A stretch of DNA of 51,105 nucleotides from an uncultured Gammaproteobacteria bacterium (GCA_964549385.1 CAZJVI010000002.1:1-51105); one strand, 5' to 3'. Shown: positions 30,001 to 38,156, counted from the first letter of the stretch. Numbers and translations are program-made. Notes: a model not told the origin generated them from the sequence alone.

Positions 30001-31405
30001 CACTGATAGTGGAAATATCATGGCTGCTAGCGAATCGGCAACAGTAAATGATAACACTACCCAAACCATGAATCAACCCATGAATTCAACCAATCTTGCA
30101 GAATTCCTCTCAAATATTGCAGGAACCATTCAATTGGGTGCAGTGCAAGTTCAAACACTAACAACACAGTCGCTTTCCGTCGCGACAGATAATATAACAA
30201 TCGGCGGTGAAACGCTTAAGGATTACATTACGCAGATTGTCGATCAGATAGTAGAACAGCGACTCAACAAACATCTAGCACAGATCCCTCAAAAGCCTCA
30301 GATTCTTAGCCCTGTTGCAAGTAATTCTGCTCAATTAGCAGATCAAAACATATCGCAATCGATAATACCAACGCAAAACGCCAGTCAAAGTGCTGCCGTA
30401 CAAACTGCAAACAATGGAAACGCAAGCCCCGCAGCGACCGTTGTATATAATATATATAATAGTATAGCGACACAAAGCGCAGAGGCAGCCACTATTTCTG
30501 CAACGCCGACCATTAGTCCAATACCAACGGCAGACGATACACAACTTCAGGCAAGTGATTCTGGAAATATCGACTCAGAAAATATTGATACCAATACTTT
30601 TGAGCCTGCCGCGAGTTTAAGTGGCCAATTACAAAATGTCCCAAATCTTCAAGCAAGCTTCGGCACATTCAATCAAGGGCTCGTGGCACTCGGCCCAACG
30701 AGCCTGACAGATGTCGGAGTACAAGGGACTATTTCAGTGAATAATAATTTAAAAATTACGGCTGACGCAATAAACACCATCGGCTCAAATCTCAATATCG
30801 AGCCGCTTCGTCAAGGCAATATTCTTTTCATGGGAGGATTAGTGGCAATTGACACGCAAGGCAACCTTCAGGTCAACGGCAATGCAGTCTTCTCACATAA
30901 CGTAGCTGTCAAAGGTGAGCTTGCCGCAGGCATTATCGCGCCTATTCCGAATAATGATCTTATTATCAACTTGAAAAATAAGGCAGACAAAACAGCTTCT
31001 TCACTTATTATTACCAATGCAACAGGCAGTGGCGTTTTGCAAATTAATCAATCTGGAGATCTGACTTCTTCAGGTGATGCGAAATTTAATTCTGTTGCAA
31101 GCAATGGCTTCTCAATTATCCGTGGTGCACAAGCTGATACTTCGATGACCGAAACTGTGGCTAATGGATCTGCAGGAACAGGAGTCATCAGTGCTTATGA
31201 GACGCAACGAACCATTATCACACAATTTGTAACTGCTCATTCACTTATTTATATTACGCCAACTTCAAATACTGATACTGTCACGCCCTATCTTGCCAGA
31301 CAAACAATTCAAGATCCAAACAATGGATCGCAAGGCTCGTTTACCGTTGAAATACCAACGAGCATAACAAAAGATATTGGATTTAATTGGTGGATAGTAA
31401 ATTAG
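27026..31405 (+). CDS. Giant single-pass membrane protein: two N-terminal integrase-type SAM-like (core-binding) domains, a TM helix and a roughly 1000-aa extracellular fibre/beta-helix-like region
   Basis: Repeated TIKNYLSDVRRFFNWFE...SIKRYLSSLRKF and TIKNYLADLRQFIDWLE...SINRKLSSLRRYVRWL. TM helix FVHYLHIGILIMATVISGATLFITWYG (about 28250-28336). Ser/Thr/Gly/Asn-rich exodomain with ADLAENY...GNVV. No tyrosine-recombinase catalytic domain. Confidence 0.55.
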   Translation: MDIVKEFKNHLLTQKNPPSHLTIKNYLSDVRRFFNWFENTYQTPFNPQWLNKEVICRYQNEIQLTGQSSLSAASSIKRYLSSLRKFTSFLEESGAINTNPFSLLQQVEPQTDPFFFKEFKNYLFTEHASRLTIKNYLADLRQFIDWLEQVTSKGNSEANQPQNSNLLQSIDNYVLEQYKTRLLNEAKLSPISINRKLSSLRRYVRWLNEKGILEDILIQPYSEPENKKVEIKEENPPVQVQMPELPLTVLQGMSEEDEKIKTNYSRFAPFRLMQKTTKAINLGTDLLFFGPIAHVAEAIHYSIWKSGKKTIFAPVKTILKTSSYIPTGVSVKTIIPKASSIMPPRSANLASVLDKIQQYRIASKPETVHNFAKALYAPLKLSTQSMDWKQKVLYHIRYTRPNWYRNYHSFAFVHYLHIGILIMATVISGATLFITWYGTGSSQKQAVLAAQDTAPPRTLSFQGRLLDNTDTPITAETPLRFALYNSPAASGAALLWQETQDIKPDQNGHFTATLGERNRLDQNVFTNNPSLYIGLTVGNNQELTPRQQIPTTEYAANSQTVEGLPPITDNPDVAQNVLLALDSSGNLTIGGNSSHTFQATGGQFSIIGQTLSLTTNSGSNGDIKIAPDGSGIIDLEKPIQNISNYTGPSGIPGALEVDDLLSVFATSSSQSALTVNQNGTGEIISGKSHGTDKFTIDTNGNEFIKGNLILDGDTINTNSTVFDIAGSSVRSLSIGDHASIISLGGSSGITSINNSLSVQGSVTANGLITANAGLTISSGQKLTLPDFSPNGIPFINGNNQMVQDAGSFSWDDANKILNVFGTMCVQDSSTTCNASPGTIYAASYQAAPADLAENYVSSQQLQPGNVVTLEGQGNTEAIRESTTPYQKELIGIISTKPGITLNSDAKADSTHLYVYPVALQGRVPVKISSINGAIKAGDNITSSSIPGVAMDASGSGQIIGKALESYTDPNPNDVGQIMVFVNLSSQTSPTAITDSGNIMAASESATVNDNTTQTMNQPMNSTNLAEFLSNIAGTIQLGAVQVQTLTTQSLSVATDNITIGGETLKDYITQIVDQIVEQRLNKHLAQIPQKPQILSPVASNSAQLADQNISQSIIPTQNASQSAAVQTANNGNASPAATVVYNIYNSIATQSAEAATISATPTISPIPTADDTQLQASDSGNIDSENIDTNTFEPAASLSGQLQNVPNLQASFGTFNQGLVALGPTSLTDVGVQGTISVNNNLKITADAINTIGSNLNIEPLRQGNILFMGGLVAIDTQGNLQVNGNAVFSHNVAVKGELAAGIIAPIPNNDLIINLKNKADKTASSLIITNATGSGVLQINQSGDLTSSGDAKFNSVASNGFSIIRGAQADTSMTETVANGSAGTGVISAYETQRTIITQFVTAHSLIYITPTSNTDTVTPYLARQTIQDPNNGSQGSFTVEIPTSITKDIGFNWWIVN

Positions 31406-31497
31406 ATTTAAGATTAATGATTAATGATTGAAGATATTCTTTACTCTTCAATCCTTAATCTGCCTGCCGGAAAGCAATTCTTTAATCTATTTTTGCT
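31405..31497. repeat. Family B element with an embedded ctgcctgccgg (family D) core
   Basis: gatttaagattaatgattaatgattgaagatattctttactcttcaatccttaatc, then ctgcctgccgg, then aaagcaattctttaatc. Confidence 0.7.
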
Positions 31498-31566
31498 ATA
31501 GTAAAGTTATCCTTGACATTATACAAAAAGAGTTGGTACAGTGGAAAGAGGTTTGTATTCCCTATT

Positions 31567-33762
31567 ATGCCTGAACGTAAGAAAAATTTTTCATCCTATT
31601 TAGAAAACGTAAGCCTTCTCATCGTTGGGATACTTTTTGTTCTTTTCCCAATCTTATTTCTTAGTACAACCACCGACGCATTTGTTGAACCAAAAGAATT
31701 CCTTCTCATCGCATTAAGCTCACTCGCTCTTCTTATCTTTGGCATTAAAACAATTGTTGAAGGACGATTACGATTGAGAAATTCACCATTTGGCCTTCCA
31801 ATGTTCTTATTTATTCTCATAACACTAGCTTCTGCAATCTTTAGCACCAACAAAGCTGATGCTTTAACAGCATTTGCCCCGATTCTCTTTGTAGGATTCC
31901 TCTATTTTGTCATTATTAATGTCGTAAGCAATCAAAAACAACTGCTCTTCCTGCTTGGCACACTTACCATTGGCGCAGTAGTTTCTTCACTGTTTACTCT
32001 CTTTTCATTCTTTAAGGTATATCTTTTGCCTTTTGCATACACGCATGCAACCTACTTCACCACGTTTGGTTCTCTTCTCGATCAAGCAATCTATTACGCA
32101 CTTATATTACCAATTGCAGGTTATTTCGGCTATGAATATATCAATCATATGAGTGATTCGAAAAGGTCAAATGGTTCACCGTTTTCAACTGAAGGAACTG
32201 CTCACCACAAAAAAGCTCCAATGTCCATGGGATTATTTGGTATCGGCTTTCTTATTATTGCAGTCGGACTTGGGCTTACTGTTTACATGCTCTTTACCAC
32301 TCAAAAGCCGTTGATTCTTCCTTTTGATATTGGTTTACAAACTGCTTTTGCGGCAATTTCACAAAACAACGTATTTAAGAGCCTGCTTCTTGGAAGTGGT
32401 TATGGCACATATCTTAATGATTTCACCATGTTTAAATCCGCAAGTTATAATGCCAACGATGCTTTATGGGCATTTACCTTTTTCCGCTCAAGCAGTTTTG
32501 CATTGGAACTTTTAGCAACAACAGGAATTCTTGGCATAGCTGTTTACGGAATGATCATCTACCGCGTGATAAAAGAAAAGAATTTCTTTCTTCCTCTCAT
32601 GTTGGCTCTGCTTGCTTCATTGGCACTCCCTTTTTCATTCACGCTTACAGGGCTTCTTTTTATTCTTTTATCTCTCTTTGCCGTTGTTTGTATACAAAAT
32701 AACCCGCAAAAATTCGGCGAAGCGGAATTCTCATTATTTGCTATAAAAAGAGGTCTTTTCTCTGCAGGATCGAGTGTCCATGCTCAACAAAATCCAACAG
32801 AGCGCAAAATTAGCAGAATCTTTCCCGTCATATTCTTCATTATTATACTAATAGTCTTGGCAGTACCATTGTACTTTTCAACAAGATTTATACTGTCTGA
32901 TGTTACTTTCCAACAGTCACTTGTCGCAGAATCGGAGAATAACGGCCTTGCAACATACCAACTGCAGACAGCTGCGATTACTATGTTTCCCTATAGAGAC
33001 ATTTACTATCGTTCTTTCTCTGACACCAATCTTGCACTTGCAAATGCTTTAGCGGTAAACCAGCCAAAGAATTCTTCTCCTAGTGCTCAGACACAAAAAG
33101 ACATCTTAACTCTTATTCAACAATCAATCAATGCAGGAAGAGCAGCTGTGACAATCGCACCAAACACCTCATTTGATTGGAATAATCTTTCATCTATTTA
33201 TAGAAGCCTTATCGGATTTGGTCAGAACGCAGACCAGTTCGCTGTTCTTACGCTAAACCAAGCAATTGCTCTCGATTCAAATAATCCGCAACAGTATATT
33301 AATTTAGGAGGGGTATATTATCAATTAGGTCAATATGATAATGCTATTCGTGAATTCACTATTGCTGTTAATCTCAAACCCAATTATGCAAATGCCTACT
33401 ACAATTTAGGACATGCTTATGCTCAAGAGGGACAATATACAAATGCCCTAACAGCATTCCAGACAGTAAAACAACTTGTTACCGGAGACGCAACAAATAC
33501 TAAACTGATTAATAATGATATAACTGCATTAAATAACCAAATTGCCGCTTCCAAAAATGGCAACAGTCAACCTGGTAAAAGCCCACAAGTAAGTCCTGTT
33601 CCGCAGAATGAACAACAACCAATTACGGTAAACAAATCCGGAACGACATTGCCTCCACACAATCCTAAAGAGAAAATCCCTGCACCAACCGTTTCAGTTC
33701 AAGGACCTACTCCATCAACAGCAACTACTACTCCAGCAGTTAGTCCAGCTCCAACTAAATAG
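31567..33762 (+). CDS. O-antigen ligase (Wzy_C)-like polytopic membrane protein with C-terminal TPR repeats
   Basis: At least 10 TM helices. TPR repeats YINLGGVYYQLGQYDNAIREFTIAVNLKPNYANAYYNLGHAYAQEGQYTNALTAF. The start is uncertain: TTG at 31513 or ATG at 31567. Confidence 0.55.
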   Translation: MPERKKNFSSYLENVSLLIVGILFVLFPILFLSTTTDAFVEPKEFLLIALSSLALLIFGIKTIVEGRLRLRNSPFGLPMFLFILITLASAIFSTNKADALTAFAPILFVGFLYFVIINVVSNQKQLLFLLGTLTIGAVVSSLFTLFSFFKVYLLPFAYTHATYFTTFGSLLDQAIYYALILPIAGYFGYEYINHMSDSKRSNGSPFSTEGTAHHKKAPMSMGLFGIGFLIIAVGLGLTVYMLFTTQKPLILPFDIGLQTAFAAISQNNVFKSLLLGSGYGTYLNDFTMFKSASYNANDALWAFTFFRSSSFALELLATTGILGIAVYGMIIYRVIKEKNFFLPLMLALLASLALPFSFTLTGLLFILLSLFAVVCIQNNPQKFGEAEFSLFAIKRGLFSAGSSVHAQQNPTERKISRIFPVIFFIIILIVLAVPLYFSTRFILSDVTFQQSLVAESENNGLATYQLQTAAITMFPYRDIYYRSFSDTNLALANALAVNQPKNSSPSAQTQKDILTLIQQSINAGRAAVTIAPNTSFDWNNLSSIYRSLIGFGQNADQFAVLTLNQAIALDSNNPQQYINLGGVYYQLGQYDNAIREFTIAVNLKPNYANAYYNLGHAYAQEGQYTNALTAFQTVKQLVTGDATNTKLINNDITALNNQIAASKNGNSQPGKSPQVSPVPQNEQQPITVNKSGTTLPPHNPKEKIPAPTVSVQGPTPSTATTTPAVSPAPTK

Positions 33763-33922
33763 TTAACAAAAATACAACAGATTAATTGAGTTAGTCTTCA
33801 ATTAAAGAATATTTCACAATACAGTTCTGAAGAATATCAAAGGAGGAATGTTAAGATATCAATATATATATTAATATATATATCTATAAATTAATATGTA
33901 CATAAACATCACTAATATCTCA

Positions 33923-34030
33923 GTAACACAACAAACGCCCCGCTGAGAAAGCTAGGCTTTCTTTTACCACGTTAAACGTGGTAAGCGAGGCGTCAAAACA
34001 TGCAGTGAAGCATGAATTAGTGTTGTTATT
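33923..34030. other. Multi-hairpin structured element abutting the stop codon of the zinc-ribbon gene
   Basis: Outer pairing taaca/tgtta. acgcc-cgct/agcg-ggcgt encloses the hairpins gaaagc-tag-gctttc and taccacgtt-aa-acgtggta. A further hairpin is catgc-agtga-gcatg. Confidence 0.35.
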
Positions 34031-34322
34031 GCTCTCTTTGCTTTCTAAAGCAATCACGACAAAGCACCGGTCTATCGCCTTTAGGCTCAAACGGTACTGT
34101 ATCTTGCTTTCCACACTGAGAACATGTTATTGGAAATGATTGTCGTTGTCCACGATCTCCTCCTCCTTGGCCGTTGTTGAAGTTTGCACGAGCTTTCACT
34201 CGGCATTCTTTACAACGTAATGGAGCATTAAAGCCTTTTTCTTGATAAAAAGCTTGTTCGTCTTCGGTCCAAACGAAATCTTTGCCGCAGTCTTTACACT
34301 GAATTGTCTTATCTTTTGCCAC
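34026..34322 (-). CDS. Zinc-ribbon protein (two CxxC...CxxC modules)
   Basis: CKDCGKDF...CKECR and CSQCGKQ...CRDCF. The duplicated probable zinc-binding module has a conserved F..E.gf and RP..Crdc pattern. Confidence 0.6.
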   Translation of the reverse strand: MAKDKTIQCKDCGKDFVWTEDEQAFYQEKGFNAPLRCKECRVKARANFNNGQGGGDRGQRQSFPITCSQCGKQDTVPFEPKGDRPVLCRDCFRKQREQ

Positions 34323-34505
34323 TTAGGATTCACCCCCTTTGTCTTCCATATTTGTAATCCTAAATGACTAGACGTGAGGTTGAAACCTGTAAACGTTGTC
34401 CTAGAATCTCTGGAATTACTAGTTCAAGCCTACCTGCAGGCAGGTTGTACTAGTATATACTATTGGCATTATACCAAATACCTCATACAAAATACAGATA
34501 CTAAC

Positions 34506-35264
34506 CTATTTTCCTAAAATAACAAGCAAATCGGCACCTGTTGCCTTCTGTTCACCTGAGGGTAACTTACCTACTTTTCCATTAAGTATTTTTGAAAGTT
34601 CTGCGGCCTCTGTAGCGTCTTTACCGGCATGGCCTGCATTGTCGGCAGACAAGTCAATGACAATGGTTGATGTATATGTTGATTTTACGGCATTTTTTCT
34701 CTCTACGACAACTACATTGGGCATTTTTATCTTCAATTTCTGAGCAATAGTCTCCGTTAAACCAATGGTTGTTGTCCCATTATAGAGCGCTACATTAACT
34801 GGTACGGCTGTTGGGGTAACACTTTCTGTTGGAGTAACTTGCGTTAAAGCAATTGGCCCTACTGCAACTATCTTATTTGCAACCGGATCATAGAGAATCG
34901 CCTCTTGCGCTTTTGAATAGATTAAGACCTTATCACCATTTCTAGCATTTATAAAGAAAGACTGACCTTTCAATTTGTTTATGTCCGAAACAGTCGCTAT
35001 TTCTGGTTGTTCATTAGACGGCAAAACAATCAACTTGCCTACTTCATTTATCAACGCTGCCTGTTCATTTGATTGAGTCGATCTGTTGAGCTGTATTTGT
35101 GTCTGTTGATATTGGATATAAAAATAGATGGCGAATCCAATTGCAGCTATCAATAGGATACCAAAAGCTATAATGATTATGAGTGATCGAGATGAAAATC
35201 CAAGTTGTGCTGTCTGTCCGGTCTTTTTGATGTCCTTAAATAGATTCTGCGTAACGTGGAACAT
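34506..35264 (-). CDS. Membrane-anchored LytR_C-like domain protein
   Basis: One TM helix (IIIAFGILLIAAIGFAIYFYI). The C-terminal VALYNGTTTIGLTETIAQKLK...STIVIDLS resembles the LytR/CpsA/Psr C-terminal domain. The ATG start at 35264 was chosen. Confidence 0.45.
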   Translation of the reverse strand: MFHVTQNLFKDIKKTGQTAQLGFSSRSLIIIIAFGILLIAAIGFAIYFYIQYQQTQIQLNRSTQSNEQAALINEVGKLIVLPSNEQPEIATVSDINKLKGQSFFINARNGDKVLIYSKAQEAILYDPVANKIVAVGPIALTQVTPTESVTPTAVPVNVALYNGTTTIGLTETIAQKLKIKMPNVVVVERKNAVKSTYTSTIVIDLSADNAGHAGKDATEAAELSKILNGKVGKLPSGEQKATGADLLVILGK

Positions 35265-35494
35265 AGTAGCATTATTATGAAGGACAGCCAAAATACTTGT
35301 CAAGCCAAACACTGATCAATCAACATCAAATAGGCTCCTGGTCTTATATTTCTCCTTATCACTTTGTTTACGATAAGAAGAAATATCACTGCCTAGCCCA
35401 AATGGACATGCTATCTAATAAACAGGTGCCGCAAATAAGATTCTAATATCGTTAAACAATTCTTGTAATCGATTCTTTATTAATGTCATGTTAG

Positions 35495-36046
35495 TCACCT
35501 CCTTTCTATAAAACTATTCATTAGATTTTCTTCATGAAGAAGAGAGAACTCGCCCAGATATTCTCTCTTCTCATGAGTCTCATGAGAGAAAAATAATTGT
35601 GTATTTTCAATAAAGAACCCTGTAGTTGTTGTCAACATTACTGAATGAGAATCATTCAAGAAATTCATGCTTGAAATATTCGTCGAAAAACTATTTCTTC
35701 CTAATTCAACAATGTTTTCCGTTGCTAGCAAACTTATGACAGTATTGCCAGTTGAAGCAGATTTTTTTGTTATACAGAAAGTTTCTCTTTCAAAATAGCT
35801 TGATAAAGCTATCTTTTTTTCGGTTATAGTATGAGTTCCAGTTTGTGCTACGCGAGGAAACAATGATATTTTATTGAGAGAATTAGCCTCAAAAGATAAA
35901 ACACCATCATTCTGACTAAAAAGAGCTTCCTTTACCAATTGAAGCCATGGCTCGATTAAACCATTATAAAGAAATATGTTTCTTATTATCTCTTGCAGTA
36001 TCATATGTCCTTTATTACTATAGAGGACTGTGAAAAGATATGTCAA
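35495..36046 (-). CDS. Hypothetical protein
   Basis: ORF only and no recognised motif. Confidence 0.35.
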   Translation of the reverse strand: MTYLFTVLYSNKGHMILQEIIRNIFLYNGLIEPWLQLVKEALFSQNDGVLSFEANSLNKISLFPRVAQTGTHTITEKKIALSSYFERETFCITKKSASTGNTVISLLATENIVELGRNSFSTNISSMNFLNDSHSVMLTTTTGFFIENTQLFFSHETHEKREYLGEFSLLHEENLMNSFIERR

Positions 36047-36162
36047 ATGTTTTCACATTTTATATATTATTGCTTATGATTGCATAATATTGTATATTTA
36101 AATTAGTTATAAAAACGTATACTTTACTCTGATCATCAGAGGATTTATGATATACATGCTTT

Positions 36163-36441
36163 ATGAATAACCTACTCAGCGTCAAACAAGTAGCTTTCAT
36201 CTTACGCGTACATCCTTTAACCGTTAGGCGCTATATTCGCGACAAGCGATTAAAAGCAGTTAAAGTTGGTGGCAATATCCGAGTCGATGAAAACGCATTG
36301 CAGGATTTTCACAAAGAAGTTACTATTACCGAACAAAAACCGAAAATTTTTAAAAATACCCGATTAATGGATAAGCAATTTACCCGAGACGATCCCTTCC
36401 TTCGTTTGCAAGGAAGAGGAGCAGGGTTGGACTTGAAATGA
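36163..36441 (+). CDS. Excisionase-family (MerR-like) HTH DNA-binding protein, putative antitoxin
   Basis: LLSVKQVAFILRVHPLTVRRYIRDKRLKAVKVGGNIRVDENAL matches the excisionase-type HTH pattern. A PIN-like ORF follows it. Confidence 0.6.
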   Translation: MNNLLSVKQVAFILRVHPLTVRRYIRDKRLKAVKVGGNIRVDENALQDFHKEVTITEQKPKIFKNTRLMDKQFTRDDPFLRLQGRGAGLDLK

Positions 36442-36493
36442 GATTTAAGGCCTGTCTTTTTGAAAAGACGTATCATTTGTCATCTAAAAAACT

Positions 36494-36913
36494 ATGGTAA
36501 GTAAAAAAGTTTATATCGCATCTGATGGCTTTATGTCCTTTATTGATCGTGTCAATAAAAAACATGTTCAAGCAACTGCATTCTTTCGATATTTTGCACA
36601 GGAGCAATATCAACTCTACACCAACCCTCTCACTGTCAATGAAACATATATGAACATTTACAACACCATAAGCCCTTCCCTAGCAAGAGATTTTCTTCGA
36701 GCACTCGATCTAAGTGGTATCAATATAATTTCCCCGGAAAATGCAGATATTAAAGCAGCTATCAAAATTATTGAAACTGGTAACTCAGTTGATCTCACCT
36801 TCTCCAAAGCGCTTATGGCAGTGATGTGTAATAAAAAGAGTATTCCACAGATTATGACATATGAATTTCTCCATGCGTTGTACGGACTGCAGTTATTTTA
36901 TTTACCAGTCTAG
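36494..36913 (+). CDS. PIN-like domain protein with degenerate acidic residues, putative toxin partner
   Basis: Size, the N-terminal VYIASDGFMSFID strand and the C-terminal KSIPQIMTYEFLHA pattern resemble VapC-type PIN, but the last conserved Asp positions are not obvious. Confidence 0.35.
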   Translation: MVSKKVYIASDGFMSFIDRVNKKHVQATAFFRYFAQEQYQLYTNPLTVNETYMNIYNTISPSLARDFLRALDLSGINIISPENADIKAAIKIIETGNSVDLTFSKALMAVMCNKKSIPQIMTYEFLHALYGLQLFYLPV

Positions 36914-37008
36914 AGACTATAACTAAATATTTTTTACTATATAATAAGGAGTCTAAGTATCACTGCTTTCTTTATTCTTTAATCATTTTTCTTAAATCTA
37001 TTCGTGTG

Positions 37009-37092
37009 TGGACCTACCGAGAATCGAACTCGGGACTGTGCAACCTGCCTGCCGGCAGGCAGGTGCGAATGTCGAAGATGTCGCCCACTTTG
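37009..37092 (-). pseudogene. tRNA-like remnant: intact T-arm plus 3' acceptor strand, with no matching 5' half. It contains a 20-nt perfect palindrome.
   Basis: The minus-strand reading ...ccgagttcgattctcgg taggtcc a gives a T-arm and acceptor 3' strand, but no complementary GGACCTA 5' strand and no canonical anticodon or D arm. The palindrome cctgcctgccggcaggcagg lies at 37044-37063. Confidence 0.45.
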
Positions 37093-37165
37093 TGGACCGA
37101 AGGAGACTCGAACTCCCCACCTCAGCAATGCGAATGCTGCGCTCTACCAGATGAGCTATCGGCCC
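37093..37165 (-). tRNA. tRNA-Ala (anticodon CGC)
   Basis: Hand-folded cloverleaf GGGCCGA UA GCUC AUCUGGUA GAGC G CAGCA UUCGCAU UGCUG AGGUG GGGAG UUCGAGU CUCCU UCGGUCC A. It has the G3:U70 identity pair. CCA is not encoded. Confidence 0.85.
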
Positions 37166-37304
37166 TAATTATATATTTTTATAAAATAAAACATCTGACT
37201 TTCACTCAATATGAACAGATGAACATATAATTTTATAGAGTCACACTCGACTACCTCGTCATTCTCTGCTTCTTAAATATAAGCTAGCGAAGCCGAGAAT
37301 GACT

Positions 37305-37378
37305 TGGTGGACCCGAAGGGAATCGAACCCTCTATTTCGCTATGCCATAGCGATGTGTTACCGGTATACCACGGGCCC
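37305..37378 (-). tRNA. tRNA-Ala (anticodon GGC), CCA encoded
   Basis: Acceptor GGGCCCG/CGGGUCC with G3:U70, anticodon arm UCGCU AUGGCAU AGCGA, and T-arm GAGGG UUCGAUU CCCUU. There is one A-C mismatch in the D stem. Confidence 0.8.
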
Positions 37379-38068
37379 TTAAGTTAGCTGATTATATACT
37401 AAGCTCGCAAGAGATTCCAATTCATAACGCACATTATAATCAAAATAATCAATTCTCAAAACTCCTTTATAATTGCTTTTTTTTGTTGCTTTTCCAATTG
37501 TCCTTTTATCCACCCGAGTTTTATAAAACAATTCTTTTGGTATGCTTGTTGTCTCTCTCCAAAATTTTTCTAGTGCCTGAATATCTTGATCGGCTCTACA
37601 TTGAACTGTACATCTTACTTTTTTAAGATCAAAATTATAACATGCCTTAAGCAGCTCAAGAAATAAAACAATAGTTTTTGGATCGGAATTTCCAAAATAA
37701 AAAGATGAACTGTGTCCTGATTTTGATGCTTCACCTAAGCAAAGCATAGCTAAAGCTATTTTAGCAGTATTTTTATTTAATATTGTTTGTGCAACAGGAA
37801 TATTCATCTCATTAATTTTTTTCAGATATTGTTCCCTTCTTATCTTATTAGCTTCACGAGCTAGGTAACGTACTTTGCTAAGATGAACTCCATTCAAATC
37901 GATAATCTTTTGCCGATAGTACTCTGGAAGCTTGATATCTTTAAACCAAGAAGAAAAAGTACTTTTAGGAATATCTGCTTGTAGTGTTAGTTTAATTTCA
38001 GTATACGTTTTCCCCAAACTTCTCAGTTCGCGAGCCTTCTCTATTATCTGGTGAGTATACCTTTGCAT
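37379..38068 (-). CDS. Free-standing LAGLIDADG-type homing-endonuclease-like protein with an N-terminal HTH
   Basis: Single LAGLIDADG-like motif ALAMLCLGEASKSGHSSSFYFGNSD with the following LFLELLKACYNF pattern. N-terminal HTH LRSLGKTYTEIKLTL. The stop codon abuts the 5' end of tRNA-Ala(GGC). Confidence 0.5.
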   Translation of the reverse strand: MQRYTHQIIEKARELRSLGKTYTEIKLTLQADIPKSTFSSWFKDIKLPEYYRQKIIDLNGVHLSKVRYLAREANKIRREQYLKKINEMNIPVAQTILNKNTAKIALAMLCLGEASKSGHSSSFYFGNSDPKTIVLFLELLKACYNFDLKKVRCTVQCRADQDIQALEKFWRETTSIPKELFYKTRVDKRTIGKATKKSNYKGVLRIDYFDYNVRYELESLASLVYNQLT

Positions 38069-38156
38069 TATATTAATTGTACCTTAGACAAATACAATGT
38101 TGCAATAGGACATAGTTATAAATTTCTTACTTCACGGCTAAATTCTTTGTTTTATA

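Noticed and set aside
37006-37230. ORF 37006-37230 (+), 74 aa
   Set aside because: It runs antisense across the tRNA relic and tRNA-Ala(CGC), and its composition is dictated by the tRNA genes.
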